From NCBI GenBank assembly GCA_045594065.1, contig JAZNXU010000002.1:1750-65749 (forward strand): a stretch of 64,000 bases of DNA. The letters run 5' to 3'. This DNA is from Acutalibacteraceae bacterium (GTDB lineage Bacteria; Bacillota; Clostridia; Oscillospirales; Acutalibacteraceae). The position numbers and the translations under genes were made by a program. The notes under the pieces were generated by a model. That model was not told the DNA's origin. It was given only the letters and a program-made list of their open reading frames with translations, and ran no database searches. Positions 49,933-59,134 of this stretch are shown here, one piece after another (position 1 is the first letter of the stretch; each line of letters begins with the position of its first letter).

Positions 49933-50200
49933 AAATCCCAAATTACCGCAACGCGGCGATTTGGGATTTTTTGATGCAATCAAACGGAGAAATGAACTCC
50001 GCAGTAGTTCGTCGAAGCAGCCGCGAGTGTCGAACTCGCGGACTGTGAAGTCTCGAGCAGTGAAGTTTTTTCGCAACCGCCCGAGGCGGTCGATAAAACA
50101 AGTAGCGCAGAGTATCTCAAAAAAGGTCACCAAAATCCCAAATTACCGCAACGCGGTGATTTGGGATTTTTTGATGCAATCAAACGGAGAATTGAAGTCC
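49925..50200 (+). repeat. direct repeat: ~76 bp (last 8 nt of tRNA-Lys, its terminator hairpin and flank) repeated exactly 200 bp downstream
   Basis: 49925-50000 versus 50125-50200 are identical except for 3 mismatches (49957 c/t, 49992 a/t, 49996 c/g). The 124-bp spacer is GC-rich and carries hairpins. Confidence 0.9.
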
Positions 50201-50244
50201 TCGTATAAAGTGAAAAAGCAACCGAAAGCTCGGTTGCTTTTTCA

Positions 50245-50451
50245 CTAATCGGAAATAACTGAATTTCGCTCTCTGAAAAGTAAGGATATACACCAAATAC
50301 CTGCCAGAGCTACAACTGTGTAAATAATTCTTGCAACTATCGAAGCGCTTGAGCCGCAAATCCAAGCTACCGTGTCGAATTGGAATAATCCGATACCGCC
50401 CCAGTTAAGAGCACCGATAATTACGAGAATAAGACAAATTCGGTCTAACAT
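50245..50451 (-). CDS. DUF378 family membrane protein
   Basis: MLDRICLILVIIGALNWGGIGLFQFD... is the typical DUF378 sequence. AAGGAG RBS. The track ORF includes a 5' extension. Confidence 0.75.
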   Translation of the reverse strand: MLDRICLILVIIGALNWGGIGLFQFDTVAWICGSSASIVARIIYTVVALAGIWCISLLFRERNSVISD

Positions 50452-50513
50452 CAAAATCAACTCCTTTGTGTATTTAGTTTTAACAACTATAATGGTTTTT
50501 ATACTTAGCTTTC

Positions 50514-50549
50514 GAAAAAAAGAGTGCCCCTGTTGGGACACTCCTTTTT
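50514..50549 (-). terminator. intrinsic terminator after the SASP gene
   Basis: On the minus strand, aaggagtgtcccaacaggggcactc followed by a T run. Confidence 0.6.
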
Positions 50550-50564
50550 CTGCATTGGATTTAA

Positions 50565-50753
50565 CTATTTCATGCTGTTCTCGTAAGATTCGATCATCTT
50601 TTTAACCATCTGACCACCGATAGATCCGGCCTGCTTAGAGGTAAGGTCACCGTTGTAACCCTGCTTAAGATTTACGCCTACTTCGTTAGCAGCTTCCATC
50701 TTAAAACGGTTGAGAGCTTCTTTAGCCTCGGGTACTACATTTTTCTTAGACAT
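50565..50753 (-). CDS. alpha/beta-type small acid-soluble spore protein
   Basis: MSKKNVVPEAKEALNRFKMEAANEVGV...GDLTSKQAGSIGGQMVKKM carries the SASP signature. Confidence 0.9.
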   Translation of the reverse strand: MSKKNVVPEAKEALNRFKMEAANEVGVNLKQGYNGDLTSKQAGSIGGQMVKKMIESYENSMK

Positions 50754-50993
50754 CGTATTCACCCCTTAATTTTGAATTTTATTGCGTTTGTAATATTATT
50801 TTGAGAAAAATATTTCATTTTATAAAAGGTAAAATAAAGCAAAAAACTGCATTCAAATAAAAATGAATACAGTTTTTTATAATTAAATTATTTTGATTTT
50901 AACGGGAAAGTTATTTTCTGTTTAAGCGGGGAAGTTCCAACCTGAGATTTTACTCGACCGGATTTGTTATATCACATTCCGTGACATAATAAT

Positions 50994-53264
50994 CTAGAAG
51001 CGTATAAATTCAGTATTACCTTGAGGAGCGCTAACAGTGTATTCTTTACCCTCGCAAACTAGCGTTGCCTTTTCTTCAAAGCCTAAAACCACAGAAATTT
51101 CGGTGGCTTTACCATTTTCCCATTTAACACTAACAGTGTGACCTCCTGGAATTTTAATACCGCGAAGGTAGCCGTCTTTCCAAGCGGCAGGCAGGGCGGG
51201 GAGAATGTGTGCCTTTTCGTCGTAATAACCCACAATTGCTTCAACCACAGCTGCAACTCCTCCGAAGTTTCCGTCAATCTGGAAAATTCTCGGCGGATGC
51301 AGGTCGAGAAGGGTTTCGGCTGCAAATTCCTTAATGAGCGATGTGTAATGCTCATAGAAATCGGCTGGTCTCTTTATTCTGGCATACAAGCAAGCGCACC
51401 ACGCTCTGCTCCAGCCTGTATGACCGCCACCATGCTTCATTCGGTATTCGAGTGAACGAATAGCTGCATTATACTGTTCTTTACGAGTTTCGGGGGTGAA
51501 AAGATTTGAGGGATACAGTCCGTAAAGGTGAGATAAGTGCCTGTGTCCCGCTTCTCGCTCAGGATATTCCTTATCCCATTCCATAAGTCTGCCGTCTGAG
51601 CCTATTTTAAATTCGGGCAGGTTATCGATTATCTCTTGCCAGCGTTCAATTTTTTGTGAATCAACACCTAAAATTTTTGCGGTCTTAATTGCATAATTAA
51701 GGCTATCAAATATAAGTTGAATGTCCATTGAAGCATCGGTGCAGATGCCAACGGGCAACGAGGGCTGATCGGCTATGGGACACTCAGGTGAATAACTCGG
51801 GCAAATATGGTAAATACCCTCTTCGTCTTTTTCGAGAAAATCCTCATAGAACTCAGCTACCTGAACGAAATAATCATATGCCTCGTTCTTTAAAAATTCT
51901 TTATCACCTGAATATATATAATGCCACCATATATGCTGAGCCAGCCATGCGGCGGCACCTGTCCATGCAGTCCAGCCATATGAGCCGCAGTGCTTACCCC
52001 AAATATCAGTGGAAAGCGGATAATGAATTCCGCGGCACCCAAACAAATTTTGAGCACTTTCCTTACCCGCATCTTTAACTGAGTTAAGGTATTTTATAAG
52101 TCCTTTAGCAGCCTCGGGCATATTTATTGATTCGGCTGCCCAATAGTTCATTTCTAAATTAACATCAAGGTGGTAGTCGCTGTCCCATGCGGGTTGAAGC
52201 ATATTATTCCATTTGCCTTGCAGATGTGTGGGCAACTCACCGTTAAGGGTGGCAGATACCATCAAGTAACGACCAAAATCAAAGTACATTTCGCAAACAG
52301 CATTATCGTCTGCGCCGTCTTTCATTTTCTTTACGCGCTCGCTTGTGGTAAGTGTGTTAAGCGCCGAATTTTTACCACCTAAATCTAATTTAACGCGGTT
52401 CATAATATTGCTAAATTTAGCAATATGCTGCTCTTTTGCTGCTTGCCAGTCTTCGGGTATATTGCAGGTATTGTCATCTAATATAAGCTCGGCACTATCG
52501 CGTGAGGTTGCAATATTTACAACGGCGTAAACATAAGTAGCGTCAGTGATTTTTATACCGTCTTCGCTTTGAGCCACTGTACCGTCGGTTTTATATACAA
52601 GCTTATTTTGAAATCTTTGGGTATCTGTGCCGTTTTTGTCGGTCAAAATACCCTCAAGAATCAGGGCGTTATCCTCAAAAGAAAGCGGGGAGAGCTTGCA
52701 GCAATCGTCATTGCATTTTCTCGGAGCCACAAAGCAGGAATACTCGGGCATTCTTGTAAGTGTTAACTCACCTGAAAATTTATCATTCGCCGTCCATTCG
52801 AAACTTAAAAGACCGCTTTCACTGTTTGCAAAGTAACGGCTTGTTACTTCTACACCGTCAATTTCGCGTTTAATAGATGCAATACCGTCTGTGAGATTCA
52901 GGCGCCGCTCAATATATTTGTTGCTTTCACAGGTGTAGCTGAAATTAACTTCACCTGCCATTGCGGGACGCTGCAGGGTTTGAGGATTTTCTAATTGAAG
53001 TCCTATATCACCCGAAAATAAGAAATTGGTAAAAAGCGCACCCTCATAAGTTTTGCCGTCTTTAAACAGTTTACGCACAAAGGGCAGATATTTGGCATTT
53101 TTGTTTGCCGTGCGCTCTTTTATGCCTGCTTCATACAGCCATTCGTGATTCATAGTTATTGCGTCAATATTCTCATTTTCCTGTATCATAGCGGCAAGTC
53201 TGCCATTACCTATGGGCAGGCCGTTAATCCATTCGTTTGCAGGTGAGGTGTAATAAAATTCCAT
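50994..53264 (-). CDS. glycoside hydrolase family 95-like (alpha-L-fucosidase / alpha-L-galactosidase type), no signal peptide
   Basis: 756 aa. N-terminal W..GLPIGNGRLAAM motif and an (alpha/alpha)6 core length typical of GH95. Confidence 0.8.
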   Translation of the reverse strand: MEFYYTSPANEWINGLPIGNGRLAAMIQENENIDAITMNHEWLYEAGIKERTANKNAKYLPFVRKLFKDGKTYEGALFTNFLFSGDIGLQLENPQTLQRPAMAGEVNFSYTCESNKYIERRLNLTDGIASIKREIDGVEVTSRYFANSESGLLSFEWTANDKFSGELTLTRMPEYSCFVAPRKCNDDCCKLSPLSFEDNALILEGILTDKNGTDTQRFQNKLVYKTDGTVAQSEDGIKITDATYVYAVVNIATSRDSAELILDDNTCNIPEDWQAAKEQHIAKFSNIMNRVKLDLGGKNSALNTLTTSERVKKMKDGADDNAVCEMYFDFGRYLMVSATLNGELPTHLQGKWNNMLQPAWDSDYHLDVNLEMNYWAAESINMPEAAKGLIKYLNSVKDAGKESAQNLFGCRGIHYPLSTDIWGKHCGSYGWTAWTGAAAWLAQHIWWHYIYSGDKEFLKNEAYDYFVQVAEFYEDFLEKDEEGIYHICPSYSPECPIADQPSLPVGICTDASMDIQLIFDSLNYAIKTAKILGVDSQKIERWQEIIDNLPEFKIGSDGRLMEWDKEYPEREAGHRHLSHLYGLYPSNLFTPETRKEQYNAAIRSLEYRMKHGGGHTGWSRAWCACLYARIKRPADFYEHYTSLIKEFAAETLLDLHPPRIFQIDGNFGGVAAVVEAIVGYYDEKAHILPALPAAWKDGYLRGIKIPGGHTVSVKWENGKATEISVVLGFEEKATLVCEGKEYTVSAPQGNTEFIRF

Positions 53265-53375
53265 AATATCCTCCTAATATACATTATTTAAATACAGTTT
53301 ATCATAATGTACCGACTTTTTCTAGTAGAAAAATACAAAATATTTATCAGATATTCGCATTGTTTTTAGGCAGCG

Positions 53376-53404
53376 TTGACAATTAAAAAGGAGAGGATTA
53401 TAAT
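53376..53404 (+). promoter_or_regulatory. consensus sigma-A promoter for the esterase gene string
   Basis: TTGACA-17nt-TATAAT, 30 nt upstream of the ATG at 53434. Confidence 0.65.
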
Positions 53405-53433
53405 TAGGGAAAAGAGCTTTGGAGGTTTAAATT

Positions 53434-54057
53434 ATGCGTATTTTATTTCAGGGAGATTCAATTACCGATGCCGATAGAACTAGAGTGCGTCGTGATGAAT
53501 ATGTGGGTAACGGTTATCCGCTGCTTGTAAAATCAGCTCTGGGATTAGAGTTCCCCGACCGTGATTCCTTTTATAATAGAGGAGAAAGTGGCAATAGAAT
53601 TGTTAATTTATACTCCCGCATTAAAAGGGATATTATTAACTTGAAGCCTGATGTTATGAGTATTCTCATCGGTGTTAACGATGTTTGGCACGAGTTTGAA
53701 GAAAGCCCCAACGGCGTTGATGCAGATAAGTTTTACAAAATTTACGATATGTTAATTGAAGAGGTTTTAGAGGCTCTGCCCGATATTAAAATTATGATTA
53801 TGGAGCCGTTTGTTTTAAGGGGACTCGGTACCGAGGCTCATTGGGACGAGTTTGACCGTGAAGTTAAAAAGCGTGCCGCAATGTCGCGCAAAATTGCCGA
53901 AAAATACAATCTAACATTCATACCGCTTCAGGCAGGTTTTGATGAACTGAGCAAAAAGGCACCCAACGGTTTCTGGCTTATGGACGGTGTTCACCCGAAT
54001 CCCGCAGGTCACGAGTTTATTAAAGAACAGTGGTTGAAAGCTTTCAGAACACTATAA
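53434..54057 (+). CDS. SGNH/GDSL hydrolase (carbohydrate esterase candidate), cytoplasmic
   Basis: Block I FQGDSITD, block III GVND, block V DGVHPN. No signal peptide. Confidence 0.85.
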   Translation: MRILFQGDSITDADRTRVRRDEYVGNGYPLLVKSALGLEFPDRDSFYNRGESGNRIVNLYSRIKRDIINLKPDVMSILIGVNDVWHEFEESPNGVDADKFYKIYDMLIEEVLEALPDIKIMIMEPFVLRGLGTEAHWDEFDREVKKRAAMSRKIAEKYNLTFIPLQAGFDELSKKAPNGFWLMDGVHPNPAGHEFIKEQWLKAFRTL

Positions 54058-54068
54058 AAGGTGATACT

Positions 54069-54716
54069 ATGATAAGTTTTAAAAACAATGAGGTTATTCT
54101 TTTTCAGGGCGATTCTATTACCGACGGACTTCGCGGCAGAAATTACTCCGACCTTAATCATGTTTTAGGTCATGGCTATCAGTACATATTAGGCTCTGAG
54201 TTTTACGCCGATAATATAAGCAAGAACATTCAGGTAATAAACAGAGGTGTAGGCGGAAATCGAATTGCCGACCTTTACGGACGCTGGAATGAGGATTGCC
54301 TTGACCTGAATCCGACGGTACTCAGCGTGCTTGTAGGTGTTAATGATGTGTGGTTTTCATATGATAATCGCGGCGGATCAACACCCGATAGATACGAAAA
54401 GATTTTCCATTATATGCTCGACGAAGTGCTCGAGAAAAATCCTAACACTAAAATTGTTGTTATGGAGCCGTTTTGTGGCATATCAAAAAATCAGCCTTTC
54501 AGCGAATACATTAACGCAAATGTGCCGTTTTATGCCGAAAAGGCAAGAAAGGTAGCCGAGGATTATAAGGCTATATTCGTGCCGCTTCAGGATATGTTCA
54601 ATGAAAAGGCTAAAGAAACCGATATTTTCGAGCTTATATGGGACGGTGTTCATCCCACGGCTCTCGGTCATCAGCTCATAGCACGCCGTTGGAAAGAGAG
54701 CTTTATAAAGGAGTAG
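54069..54716 (+). CDS. SGNH/GDSL hydrolase (carbohydrate esterase candidate), cytoplasmic
   Basis: FQGDSITDG, GVGGN, GVNDVW, DGVHPT. The ATG at 54069 is in frame with the track ORF. Confidence 0.85.
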   Translation: MISFKNNEVILFQGDSITDGLRGRNYSDLNHVLGHGYQYILGSEFYADNISKNIQVINRGVGGNRIADLYGRWNEDCLDLNPTVLSVLVGVNDVWFSYDNRGGSTPDRYEKIFHYMLDEVLEKNPNTKIVVMEPFCGISKNQPFSEYINANVPFYAEKARKVAEDYKAIFVPLQDMFNEKAKETDIFELIWDGVHPTALGHQLIARRWKESFIKE

Positions 54717-54719
54717 AAT

Positions 54720-55403
54720 ATGGAAATCAAAATGAATATGCAGTTTTCGTCAGCCGATGAAAACGGAAAAATGAATTATGCGGTTTATTATCCCGATGAT
54801 TATACAGATTTACCCTTAATGATTTATCTTCACGGTGCAGGCGAGAGAGGCACAAATTTCGAGCATATCTACCGTTGCGGTCTGCCAATGCACTTAGCAA
54901 AGGGTCGCACATATCCCGCCGTTATTTTGGTGCCGCAGTGTCCTGCGAAATATGTGTGGGATAATGTTGTAGAAGATGTAAAATCGATTATAGATGAAAC
55001 GGTTGTGAAGTTTGATATTAAGCCTGACCGTATCTGCCTTACGGGCAGCAGTATGGGTGGCTTTGGTACTTGGATGATGGGACTTACCTATCGTAACTTC
55101 TTTTCAGCTATTGCCCCGATAGCAGGCGGCGGAATGTCGTGGCGTGCATCGAATCTTTGTACAACTCCTGTATATGCAGTGCACGGCACCGAGGACAAAT
55201 TAGTGTTACCCGTTTGTTCTCAGATGATGTGCGATGCCGTAAATGCTACGGGTGGCAATGCAAAGCTTGTGCTTATGGAAAATGCAGGACACGGTGAGCC
55301 TATCAACGAGGCTTACGGTAGTATGGATGTTGTGGATTGGTTACTCTCTCAACGCCGTACTGATTTTAGAGAAGTTCCCGAGATGTATTCTTTTATCTTT
55401 TAA
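54720..55403 (+). CDS. alpha/beta-hydrolase esterase (phospholipase/carboxylesterase or PHB-depolymerase-like family)
   Basis: YLHGAGERG, nucleophile elbow GSSMGG, candidate Asp (GTEDKLV) and His (AGHGEP). Confidence 0.75.
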   Translation: MEIKMNMQFSSADENGKMNYAVYYPDDYTDLPLMIYLHGAGERGTNFEHIYRCGLPMHLAKGRTYPAVILVPQCPAKYVWDNVVEDVKSIIDETVVKFDIKPDRICLTGSSMGGFGTWMMGLTYRNFFSAIAPIAGGGMSWRASNLCTTPVYAVHGTEDKLVLPVCSQMMCDAVNATGGNAKLVLMENAGHGEPINEAYGSMDVVDWLLSQRRTDFREVPEMYSFIF

Positions 55404-55416
55404 TAGGAGGCAAATT

Positions 55417-56709
55417 ATGAAAAAAATTATTGCTTTAATATTGGCTATACTTATGGTGTTAACCCTTACTGCTTGCGGCGGTACCAAAAACAACGGAGAA
55501 AATAATGGTGAACCAGTAGGCAATGTTTCAGGCGAAAAGGGTCAAGGCACACCTGCTGAAGTAGGTGCTATCGAAACCGAGTCTGCCCTTGCTAATGCGG
55601 CAAAACTGCTGAAAACCGAGAAAAAATTAACTATCGGTTATATCGGCGGTTCAATTACTCACGGTAGCTCTGCAGCACAACCTATGGGTAACAGTGAACT
55701 TAATAAAGAGGGCAAACTTACGAACAATTGGGTTAACCGCACCTCAACTTATTTTACAGAAAAATATCCTGATGCCATAATAGAAACAGTAAATGTCGGC
55801 GTTTCCAACACACAAACCAATTTCGCTATTTACAGATTGACCTCCCAGCTTATGAATACTAACGGTCACGATATGCCAGACCTTGTGTTTATTGAGTTTA
55901 CTACTAACGACTGGATTAGCGGTGACGACCTGAAAATCGAAATTGAGTCTTTAATCCGCAACATTTATGCAGCTAATCCCTATGTCGAAATTGTAGTAGT
56001 TTCAACCAATGTAAGTCCTGCCAGCCCATCGCGTAAGCTTTACCGTGAAATCTGTACCGAATACGGTATTCCGTTTGTGGATGTGGGTCAGAAATTGCGC
56101 AGCGCAATCCGCGAAAAACACGGAACAAGTGATGAATCGAACGCGAAATTCTATACTACAGATAATTTGCATCCAAGTGCAGAAGGCTATAAGCTTTACT
56201 ATGATTTAATTATCGAAACCATTGAGCCGCTTTTAACAGCAGAGCTTAAAAGCAATAAGCTTTATAATAATTACGAAAATCTTCGTGAGCCTGTTTGCAG
56301 TAATTTAATATCAAATCCAAAAATTACACTCGCTAAAGAATTAACTGCGAGCGGCAGTACATCATTTGTTGAATCGCCGCTTACCGTGGTTTATTACGAC
56401 ACCGACCTTATCGATGATGTAATAACCGTTGTTCCGAGTTATTTAGAAATGAATATAGGCAGCACTGTTAAATGTAGTTTCACCGGTAACACTTTTGGCA
56501 TACTGTTAGGCTTCACCAGAAACCCGTTTAAAATCGAGTACAGAGTTGACGGCGGTGAATGGAAAACCTATGAAATGAACTCACACCTTGTTGAGCACAC
56601 GCAGGTAAAAATACTTGAGCATACTCTGTCTGATGGTGCACACACTGCTGAGATAAAGGTGGCAACCGATGGCTTCCGTTTAGGCGCCATTCTTACAAAT
56701 GAAAAATAA
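55417..56709 (+). CDS. SGNH/GDSL-hydrolase lipoprotein (intact paralog of the 48413-49732 pseudogene)
   Basis: MKKIIALILAILMVLTLTAC lipobox. GYIGGSIT block I, FTTNDW, DNLHPS block V. AGGAGG RBS. The track ORF start at 55243 is a spurious extension. Confidence 0.85.
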   Translation: MKKIIALILAILMVLTLTACGGTKNNGENNGEPVGNVSGEKGQGTPAEVGAIETESALANAAKLLKTEKKLTIGYIGGSITHGSSAAQPMGNSELNKEGKLTNNWVNRTSTYFTEKYPDAIIETVNVGVSNTQTNFAIYRLTSQLMNTNGHDMPDLVFIEFTTNDWISGDDLKIEIESLIRNIYAANPYVEIVVVSTNVSPASPSRKLYREICTEYGIPFVDVGQKLRSAIREKHGTSDESNAKFYTTDNLHPSAEGYKLYYDLIIETIEPLLTAELKSNKLYNNYENLREPVCSNLISNPKITLAKELTASGSTSFVESPLTVVYYDTDLIDDVITVVPSYLEMNIGSTVKCSFTGNTFGILLGFTRNPFKIEYRVDGGEWKTYEMNSHLVEHTQVKILEHTLSDGAHTAEIKVATDGFRLGAILTNEK

Positions 56710-56718
56710 GGTGAAATT

Positions 56719-57672
56719 ATGATACTCTCTAGTGAGCAATTAAAATCAATAGTTTTCGGTGCTTATTATTTTTGGGAAACCGACGACGGATATCTTCACC
56801 CGATACAGCACACCGAAAAGCAGGTTGAATATTTTAAAAATCTTTTAGAGTTTTATTATGTCAGAAGCATTGCGGGCAATGCTAAAACCATAGAATTTTC
56901 TACTACAGCCACCGAGATTTCTTTCGATTATAAAATACCGTGGTTTGGCGGACTTGATACCGTTGAACTTATGGTAGACGGAATTATAATCCAAAAAATC
57001 GATGCCGAAGCTTTAAAAAGTGGCAGTAATATTGCCTTTACTCTCCCTGAGGGTGAAAAGCAGGTAGTGATTTATTTGCCGACCGATGCGCAGATGGTTA
57101 TTAAAAACTTTTCAATTAATGCGCCGTTTAAACCCGCGCAAAAAGGGGATAAGGTGCTATGGATTGGCGATTCTATAACTCAAGGCTACGGTCCGCACCG
57201 TTCTGCCTGCACATATGTAAGTGTTGCAAACCGCCTGCTTAATTACGATATTGTGAATCAGGGCATAGGTGGGTATTATTACGATAAAAACTCACTGGAT
57301 AAAATGGCTGGTTATCAGCCCGATAAAATCATTATTGCGCTCGGTACTAATCAATATAGTGACCCTGAGGCTCCGAGAAAAGTTACCGAATATTATGAGC
57401 TTTTACACGAGCTTTACGGTGACACCCCCGTACTTTGTATAACTCCGCTCTGGCGCCCCGATTTAAAGGACGAAAATTATGAAGCATTTGTTGCCTTTTG
57501 CGGAAAGATTGCGGAGATTTGTAAACAGTACGATAATATAACGGTGGTTGATGGTTTAAAGCTTATCCCGCACTTGAACGACTATATCTTCGACAATGTT
57601 CATCCCAACGCTTTAGGCTGCGAAGTCTACGGCAGAAATTTAGTTGAGGAAATAAGAAAAATAGGATTTTAA
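56719..57672 (+). CDS. SGNH/GDSL hydrolase with ~140-aa N-terminal beta-rich (possible carbohydrate-binding) domain
   Basis: C-terminal half has WIGDSITQGYG, GIGG, GTNQ, DNVHPN. No signal peptide. Confidence 0.8.
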   Translation: MILSSEQLKSIVFGAYYFWETDDGYLHPIQHTEKQVEYFKNLLEFYYVRSIAGNAKTIEFSTTATEISFDYKIPWFGGLDTVELMVDGIIIQKIDAEALKSGSNIAFTLPEGEKQVVIYLPTDAQMVIKNFSINAPFKPAQKGDKVLWIGDSITQGYGPHRSACTYVSVANRLLNYDIVNQGIGGYYYDKNSLDKMAGYQPDKIIIALGTNQYSDPEAPRKVTEYYELLHELYGDTPVLCITPLWRPDLKDENYEAFVAFCGKIAEICKQYDNITVVDGLKLIPHLNDYIFDNVHPNALGCEVYGRNLVEEIRKIGF

Positions 57673-57770
57673 ATTGATTTCATAAATTTTAGTTGTAATA
57701 AAAAATCCGCCTCTTTTTGAAGTGAACCCCTTTTGTTAGATAAAAGAGTCTAATGAAAGGGGTTAATTCT

Positions 57771-58289
57771 ATGTCAAAAAAGAAGTATAGTGATGAACTG
57801 AAACTTGAAATAGTAGAGAGATATTTTAAAGAAGATATCAGCGCAAAACAATTAGCAAAAGAATATTACATAGGTTCAGAAGCAGACATAAAGAAATGGA
57901 TTGCAATGTATGAACACCATGGTGTTCGCGGCTTGTGTACTGTAAACGGTAGTTATGCTGGTAATTTTAAAGTGTCTGTGGTAGAATATATGCAGAATAC
58001 AGGAGCCTCAATAAGACAAACTGCTGCATATTTCAATATTCCTTCTCCTCAAACCGTTGCCTTATGGCAACGCATCTACAACACTGAGGGTAAAGAGGCT
58101 CTGTGTGAAGAACGTAGAGGCAGGGCAAACAAGATGAATTCTAAAAAAGGCAAAAAACCACAAGATAATAAAAAAGAAAACGAAGACATATTAGCTGAAT
58201 TAAAACGTCTTCGTATGGAGAATGAATATTTAAAAAAATTGAATGCCTTAATTCAAGAGCGAGAAAAATCTCAGCATACGACAAAGTAG
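57771..58289 (+). CDS. IS3-family transposase OrfA (HTH)
   Basis: MSKKKYSDELKLEIVERYF... HTH domains plus a leucine-zipper-like C-terminus. The ATG at 57771 has the better RBS than 57753. Confidence 0.85.
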   Translation: MSKKKYSDELKLEIVERYFKEDISAKQLAKEYYIGSEADIKKWIAMYEHHGVRGLCTVNGSYAGNFKVSVVEYMQNTGASIRQTAAYFNIPSPQTVALWQRIYNTEGKEALCEERRGRANKMNSKKGKKPQDNKKENEDILAELKRLRMENEYLKKLNALIQEREKSQHTTK

Positions 58290-59134
58290 CTGTCATTGAA
58301 GAATTAAGGCATAAATACAAGTTGGCAGCTCTTTTGAAAATAGCAAATATACCTCACAGTACATATTACTACTATCTTAAGCAATCTAAGAAAGAGGATA
58401 AATATGCAGTTATTAAAGAAGAAATAATTTCAATTTATCACGAAAATCAAGGCAGATATGGTTATCGGCGAATCACAATGGAATTACATAACCGAGGTTA
58501 TGTAATAAACCATAAAACAGTTCAACGCTTAATGAATGTATTAAACCTCAAGTGTATGGTTAGGGTTAAAAAGTATCATTCATACAAAGGTGAGATTGGT
58601 AAAATTGCACCCAACATAATTGAACGAAATTTTAATGCAGAAGCTCCAAACCAAAAATGGACTACCGATATAACCGAGTTCGAACTGTTTGGAGAAAAGA
58701 TATATTTATCTCCAATTTTAGATATGTACAACGGAGAAATAGTTAGTTACAACATCAGCGAAAGACCAGTGTTAAATCAAGTATTAAAAATGCTTGATTC
58801 TGCATTTGAAAAGATACCGAATAATACAGGTTTAATTTTTCATTCAGACCAAGGTTGGCAATACCAACATAAGAAATACCAAAAGAAGCTATTGGATAAA
58901 GGCATTATTCAAAGCATGTCAAGAAAAGGTAATTGCTTAGATAATTCAATTATGGAAAACTTCTTTGGTCTGTTGAAATCAGAGTTATTTTATCTAAGAA
59001 AGTTTGAATCAATGGACGAATTCAAGCTTGAATTAGAAAAATACATAGATTACTATAATAATAAAAGAATCAAGAGCAAACTAAAAGGACTGAGTCCTGT
59101 TCAATACAGGATTCAATCCTCGTTAGTTGCCTAA
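58232..59134 (+). CDS. IS3-family transposase OrfB (DDE integrase core), expressed as OrfAB by programmed -1 frameshift
   Basis: Slippery A AAA AAA at 58232-58238. The -1 frame opens at 58226 and continues KVAVIEELRHKY...HSDQGWQY...NCLDNSIMENFFGLLK (rve domain). Confidence 0.85.
   Translation, partial: KKIECLNSRARKISAYDKVAVIEELRHKYKLAALLKIANIPHSTYYYYLKQSKKEDKYAVIKEEIISIYHENQGRYGYRRITMELHNRGYVINHKTVQRLMNVLNLKCMVRVKKYHSYKGEIGKIAPNIIERNFNAEAPNQKWTTDITEFELFGEKIYLSPILDMYNGEIVSYNISERPVLNQVLKMLDSAFEKIPNNTGLIFHSDQGWQYQHKKYQKKLLDKGIIQSMSRKGNCLDNSIMENFFGLLKSELFYLRKFESMDEFKLELEKYIDYYNNKRIKSKLKGLSPVQYRIQSSLVA

Noticed and set aside
50014-50022. GAAGCAGCC in the tRNA-Lys spacer resembles the SRP RNA domain IV motif GGAAGCAGCC
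   Set aside because: There is no adjacent GNRA tetraloop or matching 5' strand (AGGUCAGGUCC), and the length and context are wrong for SRP RNA.
49806-50248. 80-aa, 108-aa (plus strand) and 68-aa (minus strand) ORFs spanning tRNA-Lys and the direct repeats
   Set aside because: They run through a tRNA gene and terminator hairpins, and have no RBS and no recognisable protein features.
55243-55416. Track ORF start giving a 488-aa version of the SGNH lipoprotein
   Set aside because: The extension overlaps the alpha/beta-hydrolase gene in another frame. The ATG at 55417 has an AGGAGG RBS and gives a canonical lipoprotein signal peptide.
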